Shown in pieces: positions 1 to 12,629 of a DNA stretch of 64,000 bases (its first letter is position 1; each line of letters opens with the position of its first letter). The notes beneath the pieces were generated by a model. The model was given only the letters and a program-made list of their open reading frames with translations. It had not been told where the DNA came from and made no database searches. Origin of the DNA: Squalus acanthias. Its lineage: Eukaryota. Made by a program: the position numbers and the translations under genes. The stretch covers positions 125,366,001-125,430,000 of the forward strand of contig CM059432.1 in assembly GCA_030390025.1 (NCBI GenBank). Reading direction: 5' to 3'.

Positions 1-547
1 CGTTTTCTGTTGTTGTTTCAGCCTACTCTAATCCCTGCTTGAGCATCATGCTTATTACCCTGGCAATAATGAGCTTCGTGAAAAGTTAAAAGGACATGTG
101 TGTGGGGTGTGCATATGGGAAAGGTTTGTGGTGCGCCCACCATCACTTTGTTGGTGGATGTGCCTAATCACCGGTCGCCCACGGCCAGCCACCAGTCAGT
201 TCACAGCTAATCTACAACGGCAGGCACTATTCAGCCACCCACTAGTCAGCAGCAGTCGGATCGGTGTGTGGAGTGGAGGGGTGTTGTGGGGAGCGGAGGG
301 TGGAGATTGTCAGGGTCCTCAGGAAACAGTGAGATCAGAATCAGGGCTGGCAGGGCAGTACTGGTACATTCTGTTTTTATAATAAGGTTCCAAGTTAATG
401 CAGAAGTGTTAAGGGAGCAAAAGAAACAGCACAACTCTTCCGTATTAACGCTAACTTACCATATAAGCTGATTGATTAAGTGCCACTGCCTCTTTAGTTC
501 GAGAATTTATGTTGATTAGGAAAAGGGTGTGATTAATGTGTCAGACT

Positions 548-1180
548 ACAACAACAACTTGCATTCATATAGCAACTCTAACATAGGAAAATATCCCAAA
601 GCACTTCACAGCAGCATAACCAAAAAAATGGATGCAGAGCCAAAGAAGGCGATATTAGGAGTGATGACCGAAAGCTTGGCTAGGAGGTTGGTTTTAAAGA
701 GAGTCTTAAAGTAAGAGAGGAAGGTGGAAAAGTGGAGGAGTTTAGGGAAGGAATTCCAGAGCATGGAGCCTAGGTGACTGAAGGCATGGCCGCCAATGGT
801 GAGGCGCAGGTGAAGTGGAATGCACAGAGGCCAGAGTCAGAGGAATGGAGAGTTTGCGGGGTGGATTGTAGGGCTGGAGGGGTTTACAGAGTTAGGGAGG
901 GGTGAGTCCATGAAGGGATTTTAATGTAAGGATGAACATTTTAAACTTGAGGCATTGGGGGACTGGAAGCCAATGTAGGTGACCAAGGACAAAGGTGATG
1001 GGTGAGCGAGACTTGGTGTGGGATAGGACACCAGACAGTAGAGTTTTGGATGAACTGAAGTTGACAGAGGATGTGGAATGAAAGGTTAGTTAGGAGACCA
1101 TTGGGCTAATGGAGTCTGGAGATGACAAAGGCATAAATAAGAGTTTTATGCAGAAGCTGGCCTCAAATAGGGGAGATGCG
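548..1180 (-). mobile_element. Degenerate L2-type LINE 3' fragment
   Basis: Starts with ACAACAACTTGCATTCATATAGC (reverse complement of an L2-like tail); aligns by eye with 56453-56850 and with the + strand tail at 34320-34537. Confidence 0.55.
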
Positions 1181-1511
1181 GGCAGAACATTTTACAAAAT
1201 TACAATAAAAAATCCAATTGGTACAAGATTAATAGATAGTTTGCATCTTGTCCACTGAAACATTCTCCAACAGGTCAATCACAGTGTGGCATTGATGGCA
1301 GCCAAGGAGTTAATAGTGGTCCACGTCCTTCCACCCAACTTGCTGGAGGTCATTACCAAGTGGTAAGTGGCATGAAAAGAAAAAAATAGGATGGAACATA
1401 AAGACTGTAGTCAATTTGTATTTGAGGCAGGGATTTTGTCTTAACTTCTTTTCTGGTACTGGTTTGCACCATCTCCATGTTGACAATACAATAAATTTGT
1501 TCTTTTCTTAG

Positions 1512-1860
1512 TGAATTTTGTGCTCATCAAGGACAAGGACATCAGAATTGGGAAATTAAACAGTTTTTCACTTTTTGCAGTATTGAAGTCCTAGGTCAGA
1601 TATACTACAGCCAGATAAAGTGTGAGGCTTACTTTACATAAGCCAACAATGTACTTCAACCCTGACCTCCAAGAGCACTTTCCACTGGTCCAGTCATCCT
1701 TCAGGCATTTCTCAACGAGATTGCAAGTTTAATAACAATTAGTGGTAATAGAGGTAGTTTTGTGCAGAGCTATTGGGTTGCAACTACCCAAAGTTATTTC
1801 ACATAGACCATTATACCCAGCAGAGAAAGGACTACAGTACATTTATATTCCTCCATTGAT
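1512..1860 (-). mobile_element. LF-SINE-like element, degenerate
   Basis: GTGAATTTTGTGCTCATCAAGG, CAACAATGTACTTCAACCC and TATTTCACATAGACC are collinear with the copy at 32552-32965. Confidence 0.55.
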
Positions 1861-4299
1861 GATTGGGGTGGATCGTGATGGCAGTTAACTGAATCAAAGC
1901 AGATTCCCTATCTCAGCATATTACTTTATTATTCAGGGTCAGGTCAGATCTGATGGGAAATAAGTTGGCTGTCCTGACCTAGGTTGACATGATACATTGG
2001 TGATATTGCCACACAAGATGGGAATATAATAGCATACTATAGATATAACTTACAATTATGGTGTAATTGTAAACCTCTAAAAATCAAGATTTGACAAATA
2101 CATTCTGTACAACTGCTATACTGTATTGTTGATCTTAACATTGTACCTACTGAAGATTGCAAAGCACTGCACTGAAATAAGGAAAAACAAAATGTAAAAA
2201 GTTAGCATAAACTTGTTAGGGGTCCGTTATTACGGAAACAAAATGCTTCGGGCAAGGAGGAACCAGCTACATTGCTGCAAAAATTGTGATTCAAAGTTGC
2301 ATGAGAATGTGTTCCAATTGAAGTGTTCTAATACCACAAATGGGAAGTGGACCCATAAGAATCTCGGAAACAAGATTATTGTACCTGCAGTCTTCCTCTT
2401 TTTTCCATCTGTTCACCTTACAATCTGCAGTGTAATCCCATTGCCAACGACCAGGTAGTTTACAGTCACCAGCACCTGGCCCCTAGTCCTGTCCTACCGC
2501 TGACAATCAGCTGCTGGAGGCTGGCTGTGGTTTGGTTGTTGGTGGCTAGCTGCTGACTGACTGCTGATTTTTTTTTTATATTGGTTCATGGGACGTGGCC
2601 GTCGCTAGCAAGGCCAGCATTTATTGCCCATCCCTAGTTGCCCTTGAGAAGCTTGACAGCTGGGTGAGGACTGGTGGCTACCTTACATTAAATATTAGCA
2701 TAAAACACAGGTAAATGCATAAACATTAGTGCCTTGCGAATTACCCTGATGGTTGCAGTGGGAGTTGATGGATTCCAGATAGTGTTCCATTATGTTTGCT
2801 GTCTTTGGGTAGGGAAGGGGGGGAGAGGGCGTGGGGGGTGGATTTACCAATCCCTGTGCCTTCTCCCCTCAATTTGAATCTCCTGATATTTTTATTCAAT
2901 GTTTCCTTTTCTAAGGTGTGGTCTATAGTGCTCTCTGTGTTGCTAGCAAATATCATTTGGGTGAGTTGCCTTGTGTATGTCTGGTGATGGACTTTTGGTT
3001 GGAGTGGCCATTGTTGATGTTGTTTCTTATTGCTTTGCTGCTCTCACAAGCAAAATAGTCACTCGGGTGGAGTACTGAAGAGTGGCTGGCAAAAGTGAAA
3101 CTGTACCTTAGCATCAGTCTGTGCCTTCCGGTAAATAGGGAGGACAATTGAAAAAATATATCTATAATACACTTAAAATACTTTGACAATGTTTCAGCCA
3201 TTTGCATTTGACATAATATTTGGTTATTTTCTAAATCAAAATAATATATCAATCTTCAAATTAGTGGATGTGATTATAAAGCCAGCCTGCATATTATTGA
3301 GATGCTAGTATGTCCCGGTGCTAATGTTGCATGAATATAGAAATTTGCACTTGCGTCATGATAGCTGGGGGAAAAAAATATGAAAATGTAGCACGTCAAT
3401 ACTTGAATGGGTGAACCTTTCAGTCCCGTAGACTTGGAGACAAATCTAATTCAGAAATTAAAGTAGCAGTGATTTTAAAAGTCTTTAATCTATCGTCAAG
3501 CCCTATCATGTGAAAAGGTAAACCTTTGACCATGGATCTTGCACTGGACGTTGTATCATTGCAACAGGTCTTAGAAAATTACTAGGAAGAGTTGAAAGGT
3601 TTTACTTTTCTCATTGGTTTTCCATTAATTGCTTGGTATACCTGTGTATTTTTTTAACTTGCTATTTTGCACAGCTTTAACCTTCACTAATACCATTCTT
3701 TATCAATCTGTGGAGCATTTTTACTCTCTAAGATTTTGACAAGGGCTACAATCCTAACTAATGTCCTATTTGAGGACCACTCACAGGAATGTAAGCCCCA
3801 GACCACCCATAAAATTCCAATCATGTTCTGAAGAAGCCAAAAAAACATTAACTTTATTTGTTCTCTCCACAGATGCCAACTGACCTGCTGTGTATTTCTA
3901 GCATTTTCTGTTTTTGTTGCACAATCATGTCTCCTTGGGCAGTTTCCAAGTGAAGGCCAGACACTTCCCCAGAGAGAGAAAATAAACCCCAATAGAGCCA
4001 ATAGTTCTATTGAATAGTTTTAGTTTAATTTGTCTCTTCGCTTGCTGTGTAATTGCTGGAATAATGCTGCCTCCTAATAGTTGGAGAACTAGAAAAAGCC
4101 CAAAAGTGCATGAAGCATCGAAGTCTGTTGATGGCTTACAAGGGAAAGGGAGGTGAGCCACAAATGACCTCCAGGTCTGATGACAGGTATCCGTTGTAGA
4201 GCTGTAGATCTTATGAATGTGCATTCCCGGCATGGAAGCTCATCCACCAAGAACGCATATTGGGAAATCACAGATGTGCTGTCATAATTTTCTGTCCAT

Positions 4300-5045
4300 A
4301 AAATGGGCCAACACACTACTCCACCATTGCCCTCTGCCCTACATCAACTATTATAGATACCACTCCATTCCTCTGCCACTATTGACAAGGCCCTTATCAT
4401 TAAGTCACATCTTCACCTTACCCATATTCCTCTGGTACCTCCTTTGAGCTTCTTGCCATGTTCCACTCTACTCAAATCTTCCATATTTTTTTGTTTACCG
4501 CACCTCCTCACCCCCACCCCACACCCCATCCCGTGTTTCTCACTGAGATATTGTCCTTCCTTTCTTCTCTCAGTTTCTGTACTGAATGACTCCTAGCCGT
4601 GGCTGGTTTCAATCTTCATCCGAGCTCTTCTTGTCCTCTCTCATCCAATTTCACTGTTTTCCTGTCTTCCCATAACATTCCAAATCCTTATAAACTCTCC
4701 TACCTATATTCACAGCCTACCCTCTTTCAACCCTATTTCCTTCTGCATCCACTTCTAGAAAAAAAAACTCTCCTCCAGGTCACTTATAAATGCACTCTCT
4801 GACTGCTACTATCGAGTCTTTGGCTCTCCATTCCCCTCTGCAGCTGTCAATTGCTCAACCACTTCCTCACCTCAACCTTCGATGCCCTCACCCCCAGCAA
4901 AATCTTGATTGCCTCCCATCCATGTCATTCCCCCTGGTATGGCCCCTTATTCACTCCCTCAAATTGAAGAGGCACAAATTTGAGCTCCGAGATCTGTTTC
5001 TATCTCTCCCACAGCTCTTTGTTTGAATCCCTCCTATCAAGTCTC
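4300..5045 (+). mobile_element. Highly degenerate L2-like internal (endonuclease-region) fragment
   Basis: Pyrimidine-rich sequence with a GDFN-like remnant (GCTGGTTTCAATCTTCAT); no intact ORF. Confidence 0.35.
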
Positions 5046-5064
5046 CACCCTTCATCATTGATCT

Positions 5065-5252
5065 GAGCAGGTAGACAGGGTCTCAGTTTAACATCTCATT
5101 TGAAAGATGGAACCTCTGATAGTATGGCACTCCCTTAATACTGCACTGAAGTGTTAGCGTAGATCATGTGCTCAAATTCTGCAGTGAGGCTTGAACCCAT
5201 GACCTTCATTGCTCAGAGGTGAGAGTGCTACCACTGAGCCATGGCTGACACT
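5065..5252 (-). mobile_element. Deu-domain SINE (SacSINE1/AmnSINE1-like), 5' part
   Basis: tRNA-like head (GGTTCAAG B box on -) followed by the Deu-domain motif GTGCAGTATTAAGGGAGTG...GATGTTAAAC; homologous to 58207-58495. Confidence 0.7.
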
Positions 5253-6014
5253 GTGTGAGAGGTTCCTCCACTTACATCTTGACTCTTGCTTCGTGATCCA
5301 CCAGTGATCCCTCCTACAATTCACAAATAACATCCTCTGGAGTTAAAAGAACGACCCTGAATGGATGCATCTGTGATGCAAGGTGCTGGGGACAAGGAAC
5401 CTATTGGCACCTGGGGTATTCTCCTCGTGGGTAGTTTAAGATCAGAAGAATGGAGGTTAGAATGGTGGCTGGAGGGCAGCCCTTGAAACAGAGTTTCCAT
5501 GGCAAGATAGTATGTGTTATGCTGCTGTGGTGTAGTGTATGCCTGTGTCAGTGAATGAATGACTAGACAGAGAGAGAATAATGAACCAAGTATGATACCA
5601 GTTATGAGCTTAGGTAAGGCCTCTGACCTCCCTCTTCCCACCCCCCCTTACTTTACGGACTGTGGCCGCAGAATTTGGAGAGCTTTCACTTCTCACAGAG
5701 TCAGTGGCCAATAGTTGTGAGGTCCCACTCCAGTTTATATTTTGTTCCGCCTGTTATGTGCGGCCTTTTCCCATACGCAGATTGTAAACATACATAGATC
5801 GGAATCTGAATGAGCAGAGCCAGTGTCACCCAAGTACCCAGCCTACATGTGAGTCCATGAACATGCAGCATACAAGTAGCTTTTGTGGTAGTGTGCTTGG
5901 TAGTCCCAACTTGCAAAATTTATGTGCAACATTTGAAGCATGTTTGTGCATCAGTAACAAAGTGTATGATACTAGTTCTACAGCAACATGGGTATGAAAT
6001 GTTCTAACCATTGT

Positions 6015-6282
6015 AGGATTGTCCTATGAGGAGAGATTGAGGAGACTAGGCCTATATTCTCTCGAGTTTAGAAGAATGAGAGGTGATCTCATTGAAACAT
6101 ACAAAATTCTTACAGGGCTTGACAGGGTAGATGCAGGGAGGATGTTTTGGACTCTAGGGGAATCAAGGGATATGGAGATCGTGCGGGAATGTGGAGTTGA
6201 GGTCGATGATCAGCCATGATCTTATTGAATGGCGGAGCAGGCTCGAGGGGCTGTATGGCCTACTCCTGCTCTTATTTCTTAT
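6015..6282 (+). mobile_element. CR1 LINE 3' fragment, with a second short CR1 3' end nested at ATGTTT
   Basis: Translates as YEERLRRLGLYSLEFRRMRGDLIETYK; has the CR1 3' end GGCCTACTCCTGCTC; ATGTTT is duplicated at 6142-6147 and 10308-10313. Confidence 0.85.
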
Positions 6283-6487
6283 GAGGGAAAAATTCGGTTG
6301 ATTAGCGCCTTCCGTTTGCGCCCTAAGAGGGAGGATATTGAGTGGCGCCCCCTTCCTTTCTGCCTGCCGCAAGCAACGACAGGGAGAGTGGAACCTTTTG
6401 CAGTCAGGAAGGGGCTGGGGTAGCGCTATTTAAAGGCGCCCTCTTCCTGCCTTTTTTTGTGGGAGACATTTTTGCACCACGCATTCT

Positions 6488-6565
6488 GAGAGAGAGAGAG
6501 AGAGAGATTCTGAGAGAGAGAGAGAGAGACTCTGAGAGAGAGAGAGCGAGAGACTCCTGGAGAGA
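6488..6565. repeat. Interrupted (GA)n microsatellite in the Harbinger 5' region
   Basis: Visible directly in the sequence. Confidence 0.9.
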
Positions 6566-6737
6566 GTCAACGCTGTGTGAAGTAGTTTTGGCTACTGAGC
6601 AGCACTTTGCAGGTTCTTTTGGATTTGACCTTCATTGCTTCGATTGTCAAGAGACTCTGGGGGCTGCACTGATTCAGGGTGTCGTCCTGCGCCTGCAGAA
6701 TCGGAGGCATCAGAGACACAGAGAGAGAGTGGCAATC

Positions 6738-7802
6738 ATGGCCAGAGGGAGGAGGGCCAACAGGCCTCTGCACAGGAGACCTTACCCTCCCAGGGTATTC
6801 TGGAAACAATTTTCCTACATTCATTTGTCTGAGGAGCAGTGTTTGCGCAGGCTGCGCTTCAGCAAGGAGGTGGTCACTGAGCTCTGCCACCTGCTGCAAC
6901 CAGATCTGCAGCCTCAACTGAGGACCAGGACGTCTCTGTCGGTGGCAGTGAAGGTCACAGTGGCTCTGAATTTTTATGCCACTGGCTCCTTTCAAGCAGC
7001 TACTGGGGACATCGCCAATATTTCCCAGTTCATGGTCCATTGCTGTATCCGGGAGGTGACAAATGCCTTCTATAAAAGGAGACGCCAGTACATCTCTTTC
7101 CCGATGACCCGGGCCAAACAGCATGAACGCGCATTTGGCTTTGCGAGGATAGCGGGCTTCCCCATGGTGCAGGGCGCCATTGACTGCACGCATGTGGCAT
7201 TGCGGGCACCGCAGGAGAATGCAGAGGTTTTCCGAAACCGCAAGGGGTTCCACTCCTTAAATGTCCAGTTGGCCTGTGACCACAGACAGCTGATACTCGC
7301 CGTCAATGCCCGCTATCCTGGCAGCAGCCACGGTACTTTCATCCTGCGCCAGACTGGTGTGCCAGACCTTTTCCAGGCACCACATCAGCCAAGTGGTTGG
7401 CTCCTCGGGGACAAGGGTTATCCACTCTGCACCTGGCTGATGACACCGCTCCGTAACCCCAACACCCCTGCCGAGCTGCGGTATAATGAGAGCCATGTCG
7501 CCACCAGGAACATAATTGAGCAGACGATCGGCGTGCTCAAGCAACGGTTCCGCTGTCTGGACCACTCAGGAGGAGCCCTGCAGTACTCTCCTGAGCGAGT
7601 CTCCCTCTTCATAGTTGTGTGCTGCATTCTTCATAACCTGGCAATCCTCAGGACCCAGCCAATGCCACCAGGCATTGGTGCATCACCGGAGGAGGAGGAG
7701 GAGGAGGAGGAAGATCAGCAGCAGCACCAAGGCAGGAGGGAGGCCCACAATGTTGAAACTGCAAGGGCCGTCCGTCAATGGCTGATAACAAGCTGCTTCT
7801 AG
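6738..7802 (+). CDS. Harbinger transposase (HARBI1-like DDE nuclease), about 354 aa from the first in-frame ATG
   Basis: Motifs RLRF, ALNFYATGSFQ, GFPMVQGAIDCTH, NRKGFHSLNVQ, LLGDKGY, YNESH..TRNIIEQTIGVLKQRFRCL, CCILHN; no internal stop. Confidence 0.9.
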   Translation: MARGRRANRPLHRRPYPPRVFWKQFSYIHLSEEQCLRRLRFSKEVVTELCHLLQPDLQPQLRTRTSLSVAVKVTVALNFYATGSFQAATGDIANISQFMVHCCIREVTNAFYKRRRQYISFPMTRAKQHERAFGFARIAGFPMVQGAIDCTHVALRAPQENAEVFRNRKGFHSLNVQLACDHRQLILAVNARYPGSSHGTFILRQTGVPDLFQAPHQPSGWLLGDKGYPLCTWLMTPLRNPNTPAELRYNESHVATRNIIEQTIGVLKQRFRCLDHSGGALQYSPERVSLFIVVCCILHNLAILRTQPMPPGIGASPEEEEEEEEDQQQHQGRREAHNVETARAVRQWLITSCF

Positions 7803-8116
7803 GCCCCTACTCAGATGATATCTTCTGCCATGGAGAACAACATATGATGGAAAGCAACCCGCAACTCCTATAGCCAGCCAAGGCAGCAATGATTCCAAAG
7901 GCCAAACATGTACATTTTGAATACAACAACTTTTTTATTTTACAAACTCTGTGTGTGTCATTTATTCATGACAAACTAATAGAAACAAACACAACAAATT
8001 ATTAATTAACATAACTGGTTCTCACAAGCTGGAGATAAAGGCCAAAACACTAAACAAAAGTTATCAGACGAACCTTGGCCTTTAATAAAACCATTCCCAA
8101 CATTTCTTGAGACCTC

Positions 8117-9934
8117 CTACTTTTTGCCCTTCGAGGGTGATCTCCATCCCTTGCGTACTTCCCCCCTTCCCACCCTACTGCTCCTCCATAATGGGGCCCC
8201 AGTGGCTGCAGCAGGGCTGGTGGAAGGCTGCTGAATGTCAGATCCTGAGACTACAGATGCCCTTGAAGGACGCCCTCGACCAGCTCTGGGCCTGGAGGCT
8301 GCAGATTGCACCAACTCTACATGGGCGGCAGCAGTCTGGGCTGGCTGGGTTACAGGCGGTGGCAAGTGCACTGGGGAAGTGCCAGTGGTGGGAGCAGGAA
8401 TGCTGTCATCCTGAGAGAGGACAGCACCTCCCTGCTCGACCGACACACTGGCACTCCCATGGGGCAGCACCTCAGCATCCGGAGCAATCTGCTCGAGCAC
8501 AGATTGCTGGCCTGCTGCGGTGCCGTGAGAGCCCTGGGGCAATGTGGCCGAACCAGCGACGATGGCAGCAGTCAGTGCTTGCGTTGCCTCAATCTGAGAC
8601 TGCATGTGAGCAGTCTGAGATTGGATCACAGCAGCCAGTGGCTGAATTGCAGCACTAAGCAGTTGCGTCCGCCTGTGCTGCAGCGGAGTGCTCCACACTC
8701 CTTGCCAGTGCATTAATGCTTTCGGGCACCCTTTCCATTGCACCCATGAGCTCAGTGTGCATGTTCACCGCCTGGGTATTCATTTCAGCGATGAGCCGCT
8801 CCTCCTCTGCATCCAGTGCAGCAGGACTCGCTGGCCTGCTCTCCCTCCGGGGAGATGGCCCCCGAGCTTCCCTACCCCCATCGCGTTGCTGCAGCCCGCT
8901 GGGTCCCGGAGCTTCACCCTCATCAGACCCTTCCCCCCTGCTCCCCTCCAGGGAAGACGTGATCCCAGCGTGGCATGGGCTTCCTCGGGAGAGGGTGTCG
9001 CTGATGCTCTGGCTTCATCTTCCTCCTCGCCTGCAGCTTCACTCCCACTGGCAGCTTGAGGGCCCGTCTCCTCAGCTGGTGGTTCACCATCTGAAATCAG
9101 GGAGGTACAAGAGTGGCTTTAGTGCCAGGACAGGGGGGCAGTAAGGGAGCAAGGACTGGAGAGATTTAGTAAGTTGGATTGAAAGTGTAAAAGGCTGGTG
9201 TTGTGAGGGACAAGTGGAATGAGAGAGGAGAGAAAGCTGATGACCTTACCACTGCTATCCCGAAGGGGGTCGACCTCTCCAGGGGTGACGGGACCTATCA
9301 CCTGGCTTGCGACGATCCTGTGCACGCGCTCCTCCAGATCGCTGAGGGTTTGCAGCTGAGGCCGCCCTCCACCCGTCCATTGCTGCTGTCGCCTGTTGTG
9401 AGATAGCTTGGCCTGCATAAAAAAAGGATGGCGTCTGAGTAAATATGCAGCCATGTGCTTGCCTGATGTGCCTCCCATAGTTGAATAGCCCTTAATGTAT
9501 ACAGCCATGTGCTTGCCTGATGTGCTTCCCATATTTGAACAGCCCTTAATGTATGCAAGGTGTGGAATGTGCGTGTGTGTTTTATGAGATGGCCATAGGT
9601 CTTGGATGAGTGTTGGGCATTGGGGTTTTTACACCCTCTGGCCATAGAGTGAAGTTGAGATGGAGGGATGGAGAGGTATTGAAAAGCAGCCACTCACCCT
9701 GACGACCCGAGTGAGGTCGTTGAACTTTTTCCGACATTGTGTATGGGTCCTGGGCACCATGCTCCTGGAGGAGACATGATGAGCCACCTCCCTCCACACT
9801 CTTCTATAGTCGTGGGGCAATGACCTCCTGCCACTCTGTGGGTAGAGTACTGATCTTCGGCGCTCCACTGCGCCAACCAGAGCCACCAAGGCCCGGTCGC
9901 TGAAGTGCTGAGCTCATTCCCTGGGCCTCTCCAT
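8117..9934 (-). pseudogene. Harbinger ORF2, Myb/SANT-like DNA-binding protein; 3 exons (9934-9698, 9412-9250, 9090-8117), disabled
   Basis: MERPRE*AQHFSDRALVALV..W.EVA..V..R...QCRKKFNDL | AKLSHNRR..TGGG; GT-AG introns in matching phases (0 and 1); TGA at 9916-9914 and frameshifts in exon 3. Confidence 0.8.
9448..9555. repeat. 54-bp tandem duplication in ORF2 intron 1
   Basis: CAGCCATGTGCTTGCCTGATGTGC...CCCTTAATGTAT starts at 9448 and again at 9502. Confidence 0.85.
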
Positions 9935-10301
9935 AGTCCTTTGCAGCTGCTTTGAGGTTGAGGTCTGTCCAGGCCGAGATTCAAGGCTGCAATGAGCAGG
10001 GTGTGGCTGGAGAGCAAGATCGACCCTCCCCTTCAAGAACTGGCTGGCGCCAGTGTGTCTGTGTTCCATTGCTAACACCTGACATCACCTGAGCTTCGCC
10101 AGCGCTCTGAGTTAGTGCCTCGCTCCTCGGCCTTTGCGCCTTAAGACAGATGTGTAGCGCCTGATTTAGCGCTGCAATCACCTACAGGGGCGATAGAAGC
10201 CAAGTTTGCAGTCGGAGGCGATAATTTGCGCCAGGCGCTAAACTTTGCGCCCGGCTGATAATTGCGCCCCAAACGGGGCGATACCAAATTTCTCCCCCAT
10301 A

Positions 10302-10634
10302 GTTCTTATGTTTCTCCTGGCTGGGGAGTCTAGCACCAGGGGACACAGTCTCAGAATAAGGGGTCGGCCATTTAGGACTGAGATGAGGGGAAATTTTTTC
10401 ACTCAGAGGGTGGTGAATCTTTGGAATTCTCTACCCCTGAGGGCTGTGGAGGCTCAGTCGTTGAGTATATTCAAGGCAGAGATCGATAGATTTTTGGATA
10501 TTAAGGGAATCAAGGGATATGGGGATAGTGCAGGAAAGTGGAGTTGAGGTAGAAGATCAGCCATTATCTTATTGAATGGCGGAGCAGGCTCGAGGGGCCG
10601 TATGGCCTACTCCAGCTCCTATTTCTTATGTTCT
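10302..10634 (+). mobile_element. CR1 LINE 3' end (continuation of 6015-6147)
   Basis: TRGHSLRIRGRPFRTEMRGNFFTQRVVNLWNSLP, then the CR1 3' tail. Confidence 0.9.
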
Positions 10635-10760
10635 TCCTTCTGTTCTAAACAGCTCAGTACTTTGCATGCTGTCTCAGTGAAGCAGCACCAAGGTGAAAGT
10701 GATATTTTTTGGCACTCATCATAAGACCTTATAGGAAAAGGACAATGTGGCGACACTTAC

Positions 10761-10960
10761 CAATCTTTAAAAACTTTCTTCTGTAGCTGCACCCACGATC
10801 CATAGATATAGGAGACACTGCACTGATTAACCCTGCTCCCTCCACCCAGGCATTTTGAATCTAGATCTTGATTGGAGCATGTTCTTTTGGCCATTTGCAA
10901 CGCCTTTTGGGGTAGAACCTCGTGAGCTACATCCTCAAGAGGAGCAGAACTCCTCCCTGC
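10761..10960 (-). pseudogene. Old degenerate Myb/SANT-like exon, probable remnant of an earlier Harbinger
   Basis: Broken frames AWVEGAGLISAVS and SWVQLQKKVFKD followed by a GTAAGT donor, mirroring ORF2 exon 1. Confidence 0.35.
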
Positions 10961-11394
10961 CATAATTAAGTAGTAACAGCAAAACTTGAGTCCCGAAATA
11001 CACAGGTCACCTTTAATTACAAGCGACAGCCCTGAGCAGATGTCTCACTGCGAAGCCCTCCACTCCCAGTACATCTGCACATCAGCCAGCCTGCATAGGG
11101 AGTGTATGGAAGCAATAGGTCACAAGGTCAGCTAGGTACACTACTTGTGTACTGTGCACATGAATCACAGCAGTACTGCTGGTGCTGTGAGAGCAATCAG
11201 CTGCACAATGTCATCACATTATGACATCTACCCTTAGAACCTTTTCAACTTTAATAACAAAACAAAAATAATTAAAAAAATGAAAGCAAAAATCCGAATT
11301 GTATCACGTGTTGTGTGTGGGTTTTTGGGGGCTGATGGGGTGCAGAAGAAGTTTACAAGCCCCCATTGTACCTTCAGTGTTGTGTCACTGTACC

Positions 11395-11995
11395 TAGAGC
11401 AGGTCAGAGGCTGGCTTTCTGCGGCGAGTGTTTCGCCTCCTGACTCCCCAAAGCCTTTCCACCATCTACAAGGCACAAGTAAGGAGTGTGATGGAATACT
11501 CTCCACTTGCCTGGATGAGTGCAGCTCCAACAGTACTCAAGAAGCTTGGTAGCATCCAGGACAAAGCAGCCCGCTTGATTGGCACCCCATCCACCACCTT
11601 AAACATTCACTCCCTCCACCACCAGTGCACCGTGGCTGCAGTGTGTACCATCTACAAGATGCACTGCAGCAACTCGCCAAGGCTTCTTCAACAGCACCTC
11701 ACAAACCCGTGTTCTACGACCTCGAAGGCACATGGGAATACCATCATCTCCAAGTTCCCCTCCAAATCACTCACCATCCTGACTTGGAAATATATCGGCG
11801 TTCCTTCATCGTTGCTGGGTAAAATCCTGGAACTCCCTCCCTAACAGCACGATGGGAGTACCTTCACCACACAGACTGCAGCGGTTCAAGAAGGCGGCTC
11901 ACCACCACCTTCTCAAGGGCAATTAGGGATGGGCAATAAATGTTGCCTTGCCAGCGACACCTACATCCCAGGAACGAATTTAAAAAAAAGAAAAA
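11395..11995 (+). mobile_element. 3' fragment of the second LINE family (tRNA-headed, CR1/L2 group)
   Basis: LLTPQSLSTIYKAQVRSVMEYSPLAW; tail GGGCAATTAGGGATGGGCAATAAATG plus poly(A). Confidence 0.85.
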
Positions 11996-12629
11996 GATGA
12001 TACTGGCCACTAGAAGTGTCATTGCTAATACCTCCCCAGTGTTGACAGCTCTGTTGTGTACTATAAAGGAGAAATACTTCTGAATAACCCAGTCCGTTGT
12101 GGAAATAGAAAGAGACACAACTAATTGTGCATGTGAGTGTCGTCTCTACTGAGCAAGAGATTGCAATATTCTGTTTCATCAAATCTAATTTAATTGGTTT
12201 TCATGTGGTCTGGTGAGACAAAATAACTGAAAGCAGCCAGATATTTGATTAATTTGTAGAAATAACATATAATATATAATTCAAACTGTATTCCAAATGT
12301 ATGGCTTAGTCTTGTTTAGGATTTTGTGCGTATTTTGTCACAGTACATAAAAATGTGGCATGCAGCATTATAGAAACAGTATCACTGTATTTTAAAGGTC
12401 ACAAACAAACAGTGCATTCATGCCTAGTATCAACATTTTGTACAATATTATAGTCTTATAATGATAACAAGACGATGAATAGTTGAGGTCAAACTGTAGA
12501 ATGAAAGTATTTGTTCTTAATGTACAGGACATTTATTGATAATTAACTGTCAAATGAATACAGAAATGCATTATATGACTGAAACTGAAGGTATATGGTA
12601 TTTACAGAACTGCAGAATTGTACTTTTTT

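Larger units (their letters stand above)
6283..10298. mobile_element. PIF/Harbinger DNA transposon (~4.0 kb), convergent transposase and Myb/SANT genes
   Basis: Imperfect TIRs GAGGGAAAAATTCGG / CCAAATTTCTCCCCC; interrupts the CR1 tail TTCTTAT|GTTCTTATG with 3 extra nt; carries both genes typical of Harbingers. Confidence 0.9.

Noticed and set aside
6342..6737. N-terminal 132 aa of the 486-aa ORF
   Set aside because: It starts at GTG and runs through a (GA)n microsatellite; transposase similarity begins at or shortly before the ATG at 6738
6738..7802. Domesticated host gene HARBI1
   Set aside because: It lies inside TIRs, is inserted in a CR1 tail, is paired with a decayed ORF2 and has a MITE relative, so it is a transposon copy
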